A model generated the notes under the pieces. The model worked only from the letters and a program-made list of their open reading frames with translations. It was not told where the DNA came from and searched no databases. A stretch of 64,000 bases of DNA from an uncultured Verrucomicrobiota bacterium (GTDB taxonomy: Bacteria; Verrucomicrobiota; Kiritimatiellia; Kiritimatiellales; Pontiellaceae), in contig CAJYAJ010000003.1 of NCBI GenBank assembly GCA_913065005.1, forward strand, positions 5,616-69,615, read 5' to 3'. Within the stretch, counting starts at the first letter, position 1; the number at the start of each line of letters is the position of its first letter. The translations under genes and the position numbers were made by a program. Positions 49,849 to 58,904 of the stretch are shown piece after piece.

Positions 49849-50954
49849 GCTTTAAGCACCTGCTGAACAACCGCATCCGCAGACGACTTGGTTCCCAGTA
49901 TCTCGCGAACCGACGCAAATCCCTCCATCATCTCACGCCGGGGCGTCCCCTCTTCTAACAGCGGCATCAACCGATCGACCAAGGCATCCGGGTGCGCTTC
50001 CCTTTGAATCAACTCTGGGCACACCTCTCGGTCTGCTAAAATGTTCACTAACCCTACATGCGAAATATCAAGGACCGCTTTTGCAACGCGATAGGTTAAC
50101 ACGCCGGTTCGATATACCAACACATGGGGTATATTCAACAGCGCAGCTTCCAAGGTAGCGGTTCCCGATGCCACCCAAGCTGCATCAGACTGGTCCACCA
50201 CCGACGGAGTATGCCCAATTATTATTTTGATCGAGATAGGCAAATCCATGTTACTAATGACCTGCGCAATATACGGACTCGGAACCGCGAGCACGAAACT
50301 ACATTCGATTTCCCGCTGCATTCGAATCGCAGCGTTCACCAGTACCGGTAAAATTCGCTCAACCTCCTGCTTCCGACTTCCCGGCAACAACGCAATCCGC
50401 TTCCCTTTACCCCATGGAACAAATTCACGCGATGCGGTCTTCACACGCTCGACCTGCTCCACCAATGGATTCCCCACATACATGGCCGAAATATTATTTT
50501 CTTGAAGTAACGCAACCTCAAAAGGAAAAATAACGAACATTTGATCCACGTACGTTCGCAGCGCTTTAAGGCGACGGCGATTCCACGCCCAAAATTTGGG
50601 GGAGATATAATAATAAACCTTAATGCCCCTTTTCTTCAGCGCCCGTGCCAAGCGCATGTTAAACCCCGGATAATCAATCAACAAAGCCGCTGCCGGCTTC
50701 TGACGATCTACTTCAGCCAACATCCGCTTCATCACTTTTTTCAGAAAAGAATAATTACGCAATACTTCACCCAGCCCCATGAACGCAAGTCGGTTATTAT
50801 GCTCTACTAACGTGACACCCGCCTCCTTTAGAGGATCTCCACCCAAACCAAACAACGCCATCGACGGATGCGCTTTTTTAATGAGACGAACCACATCAGC
50901 GCCATGCTGATCCCCCGAAAACTCGCCCGCAGAGATAAACAACGAATCGCTCAC
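49833..50954 (-). CDS. lpxB: Lipid-A-disaccharide synthase
   Basis: AGE.SGD, IDYPGFN, ISPK.WAW, VGNPL, LLPGSR..EV, SGTATLE. Confidence 0.95.
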   Translation of the reverse strand: MSDSLFISAGEFSGDQHGADVVRLIKKAHPSMALFGLGGDPLKEAGVTLVEHNNRLAFMGLGEVLRNYSFLKKVMKRMLAEVDRQKPAAALLIDYPGFNMRLARALKKRGIKVYYYISPKFWAWNRRRLKALRTYVDQMFVIFPFEVALLQENNISAMYVGNPLVEQVERVKTASREFVPWGKGKRIALLPGSRKQEVERILPVLVNAAIRMQREIECSFVLAVPSPYIAQVISNMDLPISIKIIIGHTPSVVDQSDAAWVASGTATLEAALLNIPHVLVYRTGVLTYRVAKAVLDISHVGLVNILADREVCPELIQREAHPDALVDRLMPLLEEGTPRREMMEGFASVREILGTKSSADAVVQQVLKAYSAG

Positions 50955-51772
50955 CTCAGCGACTCCGTTGCGTAAATCGCAATGTCAGTAGCCTTCGCAA
51001 GGGCCACCGTCTTTGCACGATCAAAAATCAAGGTAGAGCCCGACTCAATCGCCAGACACGTGCCACCAGCCCGCTTCATTGTTTGAATGGTCGACGGACC
51101 AATAACCGGAACATCAAATCGGAAATCATGTTCGATACGCGGCATTTTTACCACCACCAAACCTTTACCCCCAACACGCCCAGCTCGATGAATCGTTTGA
51201 TCCGTCCCCTCCATCGCCTCCACCGCCACAATGTAGCCCGCTTTAATCACAATGGTTTGCCCAACATCAAATACACTCTGCTGCCGCAAATAACGAATTC
51301 CCAAGCCAGCGTCTGATTCTTCATCCGCCGTGGGTGCGCGCGAACTGATCACTCCCGGAGATGGCACATGCTGATCCATAAAGCTATGGGCTGGGATTAC
51401 CGTGGCACCAACTGACTCAATTTCCTGAATCACCGCCGTAAAAATCGTATGTGCATTGCGTATCGGCAAGTTTGCTAGCATCGTTTTGGCCGCCTCGTCA
51501 AAACGCAAACTAAAGAGATGACGCGGTGCAATTTGCCCAACCATCATCACCGTTGAAATCTCGCTCGTCTGAATACACGCCAAAAGCTCTTTCATCGAAC
51601 CAAATCGAAGCCAATGCACGCGATCCGCTAATTTCAAACCACGGGCATCGGTTTCATGCTTAAAAGCAATCACCTCAATACGCTGAACTCCCGCCGCCCG
51701 TGCCGCCTCAATCACGAGACGCGGATATTCGCGTCGACCGGCAATTATAAGTAAGCCATCTATTCTCTGCAT
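50951..51772 (-). CDS. lpxI: UDP-2,3-diacylglucosamine diphosphatase LpxI (DUF1009)
   Basis: IIAG, DVGQT, AVEAMEGTD, D.RFDVPVIG..T; coupled to lpxB. Confidence 0.9.
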   Translation of the reverse strand: MQRIDGLLIIAGRREYPRLVIEAARAAGVQRIEVIAFKHETDARGLKLADRVHWLRFGSMKELLACIQTSEISTVMMVGQIAPRHLFSLRFDEAAKTMLANLPIRNAHTIFTAVIQEIESVGATVIPAHSFMDQHVPSPGVISSRAPTADEESDAGLGIRYLRQQSVFDVGQTIVIKAGYIVAVEAMEGTDQTIHRAGRVGGKGLVVVKMPRIEHDFRFDVPVIGPSTIQTMKRAGGTCLAIESGSTLIFDRAKTVALAKATDIAIYATESLR

Positions 51773-51824
51773 TCAGATACGGTGCCATAAATGATTAAGC
51801 AATCAATCTTATATGCACGACCTC

Positions 51825-52571
51825 TTAGGCCGCATCTTCCTTATCCAACTCAAATAAGAGCGTATCATTCACCTGTCGTTGAGAGGCGAATGATTTTTTT
51901 ACTGGGCGCACATTCTTCATATATGCTTCCCGTTTCAGCCTAAACCGAACCGGCTCTTTTGCCACATACTTGAGTAACATCATTAAAAGGGCTCCCGTAA
52001 GTAATCCCACCGGAAACCATATTATTTGCAGGATAGAAAAAATATATCCTACCGGACCCGCCCACGCTCGGCCCAACGCAAGTCCTGCTCCCGTCACAGT
52101 CATTAACACCAACCCAGTTGATAAATAAATCACCTCTGCCCCTAAATACTGTGGCCAAGGCTGAGGCGTTTGCCATACACGCAAAAGCGCGGTCAAAAAA
52201 AGCGTGACAATCCCCCACATCAGACAAACCACCAGAGAACGTGCAATAGCTTGTTGGCGGCGCGATAGTTTTTTCCAAACGATTCGAAGTGACCATTTAT
52301 ACTTCCGATCTGAAGCAGGATTGTCGGCTACTCCAGTTAGCTGATAGACCACACCAAAACGGAGCGAATTCGTATTCTGAACCATCTTCCTGTACGCACA
52401 AAGAGAGCCAATCAACGAACACATGCTCAACAAAATCCACCCGCCCAGATAAAGTATCACATCGTCTTGCACATCCTGCTGAAACCACAATCGGACGGCT
52501 TGCCCCACGCACAATACGGTGAGTGCAACCATGATGCTCAAATAGAGACGTTTCGGGTTCATTATTTTCAT
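51825..52571 (-). CDS. Hypothetical multi-pass membrane protein
   Basis: About 5-6 hydrophobic segments; start uncertain (52571 fits a TAACGT -10-like element). Confidence 0.65.
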   Translation of the reverse strand: MKIMNPKRLYLSIMVALTVLCVGQAVRLWFQQDVQDDVILYLGGWILLSMCSLIGSLCAYRKMVQNTNSLRFGVVYQLTGVADNPASDRKYKWSLRIVWKKLSRRQQAIARSLVVCLMWGIVTLFLTALLRVWQTPQPWPQYLGAEVIYLSTGLVLMTVTGAGLALGRAWAGPVGYIFSILQIIWFPVGLLTGALLMMLLKYVAKEPVRFRLKREAYMKNVRPVKKSFASQRQVNDTLLFELDKEDAA

Positions 52572-52656
52572 GAAAAGGACGTTATCCCAATCGGATGAAA
52601 GAAAAAAAGCATGGTCGATCCATGCTTCTTTCCTTACCACTCATGTGTGAGCAAAC

Positions 52657-52836
52657 TTAGTTCTCAATCAGCTCTAGCTTCTCGCCAGATTCGAGCCATT
52701 TCTTAAGAATAATTTTGCAATATGCACCCGTTGAAATTTGCATAGATTTCGCCCGACGTTCAATTTCATCCGCCATTGGCTTTTTCATATTTAGACCTAT
52801 TGTCTTCGTGCCTTTTCCCATTGGATTAGTAGCCAT
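52657..52836 (-). CDS. Small ribbon-helix-helix-like DNA-binding protein
   Basis: KTIGLNM strand + ADEIERRAKSMQIS.GAYCKIIL helices; SD AAGGA. Confidence 0.65.
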   Translation of the reverse strand: MATNPMGKGTKTIGLNMKKPMADEIERRAKSMQISTGAYCKIILKKWLESGEKLELIEN

Positions 52837-52993
52837 AATGTTTATTCCTTTATTTAAACTTTTACTCAACGTTTACTTGTTCGCATCTGCATAAAATAAA
52901 TTTCATTGAAATCTCGCTTCTTACTCAGAGAGCATAAAAACAGAATGAATTTTATTAACTTGAATGTTAGTAAACCTTTTTTGCATTGGTACG

Positions 52994-53653
52994 TCAACCT
53001 GCCGGACGGGGTATATTCGGGGGATCAAGCAGTCCAAGCAAAGAGGCCTTTTTTAAAGCTTCTTTTCGGCCTTCTACGTGCAATTTTGAATAAATATTCT
53101 TAATATGAGAATGAACGGTATGTGGGCTAATTCCAGCCGAGTCCGCTATTTCATGGTAGGTATAGCCCCCTGATATTAGATTCAAAATCTCGCGCTCTCG
53201 GAAAGAGAGATAATCAACCTCTGCATAGAGCTTATTCTTCCAGAAAGATTGAATGACTTTACGGGCAACCGAAGGGCTCATCGGTGCGCCCCCCTGTTTT
53301 AATTGATGAATACTGTCGATTAATCTCTCCGGAATATCTTCTTTAAGAAGAAAACCGTAGGCCCCTGATCGTAATGCTTCAAAAACAATTTGATCCTCAC
53401 AAACATGCGTAAATACGAGCGTAAGTAGGGCCGGATTTTTTCGCATCGCCGCGTCAATCCATACCAAACGGTTTTGCTTCCTATCATCCAAATCCATTAA
53501 CAATACATCGGCTTTTATTTCACCATGGGCCTCAGCAAGAGATTGTTGGTTATGGTAAATACCCACCAATTCCATTTCAGAATCAGCCGATAGAACCAAC
53601 TCCATCTCTTTCAGCAGATTCCACTCCTCATAAACTATCGCAATACGTATCAT
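52994..53653 (-). CDS. NarL/LuxR-family response regulator
   Basis: DVLLMDL, GAYGFLLK, PMSPSVARKV, LS.RE.EIL..I..G..Y.EIA...IS..TV..H.KNIY.KL. Confidence 0.92.
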   Translation of the reverse strand: MIRIAIVYEEWNLLKEMELVLSADSEMELVGIYHNQQSLAEAHGEIKADVLLMDLDDRKQNRLVWIDAAMRKNPALLTLVFTHVCEDQIVFEALRSGAYGFLLKEDIPERLIDSIHQLKQGGAPMSPSVARKVIQSFWKNKLYAEVDYLSFREREILNLISGGYTYHEIADSAGISPHTVHSHIKNIYSKLHVEGRKEALKKASLLGLLDPPNIPRPAG

Positions 53654-53657
53654 TTAA

Positions 53658-54168
53658 CTACTTTATATATCTTGGTAAGATTATTTCAACTGTTATTTTA
53701 TTATTTTTTGAGCTCACCTGAATAATTCCATCGAACAGCTTAATAATTCGTGCTGCCAAATGAGCTCCAAGCCCAAATTCCTCTCCCGCCTTAAAGATAT
53801 CACGCGGCCCACGGATCCAGGAACAACAATTGCGCTTCATGAATAAAATCTAAATGAGCCAATACCGGCGGAGAATGAAGTCCACAAAAAACCGCCAAGG
53901 CGCCTGCATCTAATTCAATGGCCTTTAAGTTCTCGAGACTTTGCCTCGAATTTCCACGATGATCCATACGAATCAAATCAACGGGCTTTCCACCAATCTG
54001 ATAATCCGCCATATCCAATGCGGTACGGATGCCTTGCTCAATCGCTAGTGAAGACGAACGGCTTCCTGTAAAGTCCGCATCCAAATAAATCCGATATCGA
54101 TGCGTTTCCGTCCATCCATATAGGCTACATCCAAGCAATATTCCTAAGATGATAAATCGTTTTTTCAT
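53658..54168 (-). pseudogene. Collapsed locus: N-terminus of a LivJ-like periplasmic binding protein joined out of frame to the C-terminal end of a histidine-kinase HATPase domain
   Basis: 54168-53800: signal peptide, G...A....G..V.LI..D.RGN, GLHSP, stops at FLDPWAA; other frame continues FGLG..LA..II....G.I.V.S....TVEIILP to 53658. Confidence 0.65.
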
Positions 54169-54170
54169 TT

Positions 54171-57100
54171 CTAAAAATTATACCTTAATCCCGTACTCAG
54201 ACGATTGGCAGAATATCCCCCACCCGACTCAAAATCAAACCCCATCAAAAGTGAGAAAGAGCGATTCATTCGCAACTGAGCCGACAACCCGACCTCTAAC
54301 AAGCTTTTTGCCGGCGTTAATAACGGCATTTGGTAAGTAGCCGCACCATTCGACAAACGAAAATCAACCTCATCCTCAAATACACTCATATGATTCATCC
54401 ATCTTACTTTCACCTGCGTCAAAAGTTCCCGCCCGATAAATCCACGCCGGAAAACTCCCAACAGCCCCATACGCATCTGCATACTCGTCTGCGAAATGCT
54501 TTCTAGCTCCACCGGCACACTCGTCTGGCTTGTATCCGTCACCTCATCCTGAGAATACGAACTAATCAAAATTCCAATCTCCGGAATCCACGCACTCCGC
54601 TCATCCTTCATCATATAACCCGTTCCCAAATAAAAACTTGTATCCGTCGCGGCATATTGCGCCTCTAAAGCAAAGAGCCCCTCCGATTCAAAATCAAGCG
54701 AAGCACTCGCCGCCGAAAGACTCCCCTCAACAAACCACCCCTCAATCCCATACGAGACAAATCCACTCACATGCGTTCCAACACCAGTATAATCCCCCGA
54801 TTCATCCATATTCATCGTTTGACTATATGCGCCTCCCGCCGCACCAAAGAGCCACTCGCCAACGCCCACATCAACGCCCAACATCGAGCCTACACCGGTT
54901 AGATCATACCCTTCAAAAACACCATCTTGAGAAGCCGACCCATTCGCCGTATATCCTTTCACCCAAATGGAGCTCCCCCCCACCGAAGTCGCCGGGGCAC
55001 GAGCCCCCCGCGGAACCGATCGCGGCCCCATCATCATCCGGCGCTCCGTAGCTCGATCGCTGATCGAACGAAACACACCATTACGTAAGTGACTCATCGC
55101 GCGCGGCAATGCCACCGACCGCCCATACACCTTATTCAAATCCTCGGCCGTTGGATTCACCGCCGCCGAGAAAACCAAATCCACCATCCGAGCCGCCTCA
55201 TCACTACTCAAGGTATCAATCTCCATAAGAATCTGATCCAGTGTTGAGCCCGTAGCAACCGTTATGCCATTGGTTGCATCCGATAAAGAGCGTCGATCAA
55301 AAACAGCAAACAACCCCTCATCCGTTGCGTACCACTCTTTTACATCAAATCCATTTGCCGCCTCTGTGTTCACCGCTTCATCTAATATAAAGCCACTTGA
55401 TGCCTGCAAAATTTGATTCGTGTATCGATTCATAACGGAATAATTACTAAACGACTCTCCGTCTAATCGAATCGTTGTTTCTGGCGTCAGCTGAATTTGC
55501 GTCGCGGACAACCGAGGTGCGACCACCCCATTCGTAGTGGCAAGCAATGAAAGCGTCGCATCGGCTTCCTGAATATAGGTGCCATTCCATGTCAGCGAAT
55601 GGGTTCCCAAATCAACTACGCCATCCAACACCCGCAATGTCTCAAAAGAAGCATATGCATCGAACGACTGCGCCTCTATCTGCTGATCCGTATTCACTCG
55701 CAATGTATCAGCCCCTCCACCCGCATTTATTTGGGTGAGTGCTGAATCCCCGCTGGTTACAGTCCATATATCACCTCCACTGGTCAGCTCAACCTGCTCA
55801 AAGTTTCGATAGAGACTAGAAACCCCGATATCAGATGAATCGCTGAGTGCGCCCATGAGGACGTCTGTATCGCTGCTCCCTAAGGCATCAATCCAGGTCA
55901 AAGCCTCATCTCCAGAAGTGATCGTCCACGAGCTGTTGCCATCATTCAGCCTGACTCGTTCAAAATTCCGGTAGAGATCAGACGCCCCCATTGAGGAGGA
56001 ATCCGTCAGCGCACCGATTAAGGTATCCGCCCCTCCCTGCGCATCCACCCATGTCAAATCATCATCTCCGGAGGTGACCGTCCAAACGTCCGAAATACTC
56101 CTCAAAGAAACCTGCTCAAAATTCCGATAGAGTTGAGTCGCCCCGATGGAGGTAGCATTCTCCAGATTCCCCGATAGAAGATCTTCACCATTGCCCGCAT
56201 CTATGTAGGTCAATACGGTACTATCCGTTGTATCCACTTCCCATATATCTGCAAACCCACTCAGCAAAACCGCATCAAAATTGCGATATCGATCATCTGA
56301 ACCCATATCACCTGTATTAGCGGTTATTCCGCCCGTTGCGTTTTCATACGAGAGCGTATAATTGGCCCGGGATGCATCAATATAAAACGATTCACCATAC
56401 CCATCTGTTGCATCCCAAACGGAACCAGTAGAGGAAAGAAGCGCACCTTCAAAGTTTTGGTATATTCCACTGCCACCGATATCAGCTGCCTCCACTTTAT
56501 AATTCTCAAAATCAAGTACATCACTTCCTCCTCGTGCATTCAGACTCCCTAGCACAGCATCATCTGCCGCCGCCAACCACGTATCTGCTTCCTCAGACAA
56601 ACCATAAAGCTCAAAGCCCGTATTATAGGTTTCCGCGCCCGCAAATACCGCGTTCGAATACGTCCCCCCATCTTTCCAAGCAAGCATATCATTATTTCCA
56701 CTTCCACCATCCACAATGAAGTTAGTTCGCGCCACATCCACAAGCGTTAATTCCCATATGTTCGATACTCCATCCGCCAACTCAATACGCTCAAAAGACT
56801 GATACGTTTGCCCAATCCCAAGCGCCTCAGAACTCGTTACTTGGGCCTCTGTAAACGCGAGTGTATCCGCCAACCCATTCGTTGCAAAAAAAGTAGTTGC
56901 GGTTATATTCGTGCCGCTCACCAACTCAAGCCGATTAGAAACGCCCGTAAAAATCACGTTGATCTGAGACATCGAGCCACCTATATTCAAAAGATCCGCC
57001 ACTTCCAACGTAGCCCCCACAACACCCACAACTGATCCCGCGATGCCCATCCCTGCATCCGCTTTTAATAACGCACTCGAATCGCTCAGCAAAATAACAT

Positions 57101-57743
57101 CGCCGCTCGCAAGTTGGTAAAAAGAGTCCAACTGAACCGTACCCCCCTCAATCTCCAACTGTTGTATCGATGAAGAAACCTCACCCCGAAGAGACAGCTC
57201 TCCCAACCCCGCTTTGCTAAAACTCCCATTCAGCGTAACGTTTGAGCTGATCGACAAAACAGCACTTGCATCCGCCTCAGCACGCACGAGCAAGCCACTA
57301 TGGATGACTCCCCCATACAAACTTAGATCAGCCGTACTCCCTGCATCCACCTGCTGATAGATGCCATACCCATCCTCATATGCACTCGAAAAACCCGCTC
57401 CACCACTGAAAGTGCCTCCAAAAACAGTATTCGTTCCATTCTGCAAATAAAGTCCACTCCCGCCGACTGCCACCAACGAAGGAAGGAACCCAGCCTTATC
57501 CCCATCGCCCCCCTCAAAGAAACCATTTGAATTGGATATCACATTATTCCCGCTCGCGGTAAGTCCGTTAATTGAAGTCGCTATCACACGACTTGAGAGT
57601 TCACTGTACCCAGCGGTATTCCCCATATAATCACCACTCGTAATAATCGCATTATTTGTGCTCGTCTGAGCAAGAGTGCTAAAGACGGCTCCTATGAAAA
57701 CGAAAACAACCCCTCGCTTTGTTAATTGCATCCATGTACCCAT
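54171..57743 (-). CDS. Autotransporter (type Va-like) with an acidic Gly/Ser-rich repeat passenger
   Basis: Signal peptide, repeat passenger, linker, C-terminal amphipathic beta strands (SIWVKGY...GLRYNF, terminal Phe). Confidence 0.88.
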   Translation of the reverse strand: MGTWMQLTKRGVVFVFIGAVFSTLAQTSTNNAIITSGDYMGNTAGYSELSSRVIATSINGLTASGNNVISNSNGFFEGGDGDKAGFLPSLVAVGGSGLYLQNGTNTVFGGTFSGGAGFSSAYEDGYGIYQQVDAGSTADLSLYGGVIHSGLLVRAEADASAVLSISSNVTLNGSFSKAGLGELSLRGEVSSSIQQLEIEGGTVQLDSFYQLASGDVILLSDSSALLKADAGMGIAGSVVGVVGATLEVADLLNIGGSMSQINVIFTGVSNRLELVSGTNITATTFFATNGLADTLAFTEAQVTSSEALGIGQTYQSFERIELADGVSNIWELTLVDVARTNFIVDGGSGNNDMLAWKDGGTYSNAVFAGAETYNTGFELYGLSEEADTWLAAADDAVLGSLNARGGSDVLDFENYKVEAADIGGSGIYQNFEGALLSSTGSVWDATDGYGESFYIDASRANYTLSYENATGGITANTGDMGSDDRYRNFDAVLLSGFADIWEVDTTDSTVLTYIDAGNGEDLLSGNLENATSIGATQLYRNFEQVSLRSISDVWTVTSGDDDLTWVDAQGGADTLIGALTDSSSMGASDLYRNFERVRLNDGNSSWTITSGDEALTWIDALGSSDTDVLMGALSDSSDIGVSSLYRNFEQVELTSGGDIWTVTSGDSALTQINAGGGADTLRVNTDQQIEAQSFDAYASFETLRVLDGVVDLGTHSLTWNGTYIQEADATLSLLATTNGVVAPRLSATQIQLTPETTIRLDGESFSNYSVMNRYTNQILQASSGFILDEAVNTEAANGFDVKEWYATDEGLFAVFDRRSLSDATNGITVATGSTLDQILMEIDTLSSDEAARMVDLVFSAAVNPTAEDLNKVYGRSVALPRAMSHLRNGVFRSISDRATERRMMMGPRSVPRGARAPATSVGGSSIWVKGYTANGSASQDGVFEGYDLTGVGSMLGVDVGVGEWLFGAAGGAYSQTMNMDESGDYTGVGTHVSGFVSYGIEGWFVEGSLSAASASLDFESEGLFALEAQYAATDTSFYLGTGYMMKDERSAWIPEIGILISSYSQDEVTDTSQTSVPVELESISQTSMQMRMGLLGVFRRGFIGRELLTQVKVRWMNHMSVFEDEVDFRLSNGAATYQMPLLTPAKSLLEVGLSAQLRMNRSFSLLMGFDFESGGGYSANRLSTGLRYNF
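55620..56900 (-). repeat. About 8 degenerate ~52-aa repeats in the autotransporter passenger
   Basis: Recurrent YQSFE/YNTGFE/YQNFE/YRNFD/YRNFE x3/YASFE with D.W.....D..L..IDA..G.D.L. Confidence 0.8.
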
Positions 57744-57758
57744 TTTATCAACCTCTTC

Positions 57759-58901
57759 CTAAAATACGGTTATCGAAGCACGTTGAAGTTCATCCACAAC
57801 CAACGTGTCTTTTGCAAGCGGCTGCAACTCCACCAAAATCTCAGCGGGCGAATCCGGGCCAATGCCAATAACGCGCCTCGCATACCCCTCCAAATAAACC
57901 TCGATCAGTCGCTCCGCCTCTGCCAACAAAGCAATCGGCGCTGTTCCCAACACTTCCCGCTTCCCAATGCGCGCCACCGTTGCCCCCGGCGGTTGTGTTC
58001 GCAACTGTTTCAGCGGGATGGGATCTAACTCCACCGCCACCTCAACTGGCGAATCCGGTGAGAGTGTTACGGTTTTAGGATAATAACCCTGCTGCTTCAC
58101 CTCAAACGCCCGCACTTCACGGATCTGGATTGTATAGGGCAACACGCCCAACTCATCACCACCACCAGCGCCATAGACAACCGCCTCACTAGAACCTAAA
58201 AGCGTAACCGTGGGAACCGGAATCAACTCCACAAACACCTTACTCGGCGACCGCTTATTGATCATATAATAGGCTGGCTGATAGCCCTCCAATGAAAACT
58301 CAAATTCCGTTCCCTCTTCCGCCGAAATATTCGCCGGCGTACGCGCAATCGCATCCCCGACCGCTCGATCCGAAACCAGGGCCCCCGCAGGCGACGTAAC
58401 AAACGTAGCCGCCCGAAAACCCTCCAGTGGCTCCATCTTCACCTTATATGTTTTATTCGGCTCCAACGTCATCGGAAACGGTTGATAACCCTCCTTCTCC
58501 AGCACCACGACTTCAGAACGAGAAAGAGCCAACTTCAAAGACGTTTTTCCCAACTCTTTACTATCACCCGTACGAACCACACGCACATCCGTCGGCACCG
58601 TATTCAGAATCGTTGTCCGAACGCGATCCAAGCGTACTTCCACACTCTTCTGATCTAACGAAGAGATCAAAACGTCTTGTTCCACATACCCCGCTTTTTT
58701 AACGGTAAAAACCCGCTCACCTGAAAACTGCTCAAACGGATAAGGGGTCGAACCAATTTGCTCTGTACCCTCAAAAAGGACCGCCCCCTCGGGGATGGAG
58801 GTTAACTCGAACGAAGCACATCCGCTCCATAACAACACACTCCCGACACAAGCACCCTGACAAATTTCTTTCATCCAAAAAGACGGTATCCTCAACTTCA
58901 T
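57759..58901 (-). CDS. PEGA-repeat lipoprotein
   Basis: Lipobox-like WSGC; five units such as TSIPEGA...IGSTP...KKAGY and TQPPGA...LGTAP...LEGY. Confidence 0.8.
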   Translation of the reverse strand: MKLRIPSFWMKEICQGACVGSVLLWSGCASFELTSIPEGAVLFEGTEQIGSTPYPFEQFSGERVFTVKKAGYVEQDVLISSLDQKSVEVRLDRVRTTILNTVPTDVRVVRTGDSKELGKTSLKLALSRSEVVVLEKEGYQPFPMTLEPNKTYKVKMEPLEGFRAATFVTSPAGALVSDRAVGDAIARTPANISAEEGTEFEFSLEGYQPAYYMINKRSPSKVFVELIPVPTVTLLGSSEAVVYGAGGGDELGVLPYTIQIREVRAFEVKQQGYYPKTVTLSPDSPVEVAVELDPIPLKQLRTQPPGATVARIGKREVLGTAPIALLAEAERLIEVYLEGYARRVIGIGPDSPAEILVELQPLAKDTLVVDELQRASITVF

Positions 58902-58904
58902 TGC

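Noticed and set aside
54171-57743. CRISPR array or DGR-like repeats in the repetitive region
   Set aside because: The repeats are degenerate, in-frame protein repeats with no identical DNA repeat-spacer pattern and no cas or reverse transcriptase gene.
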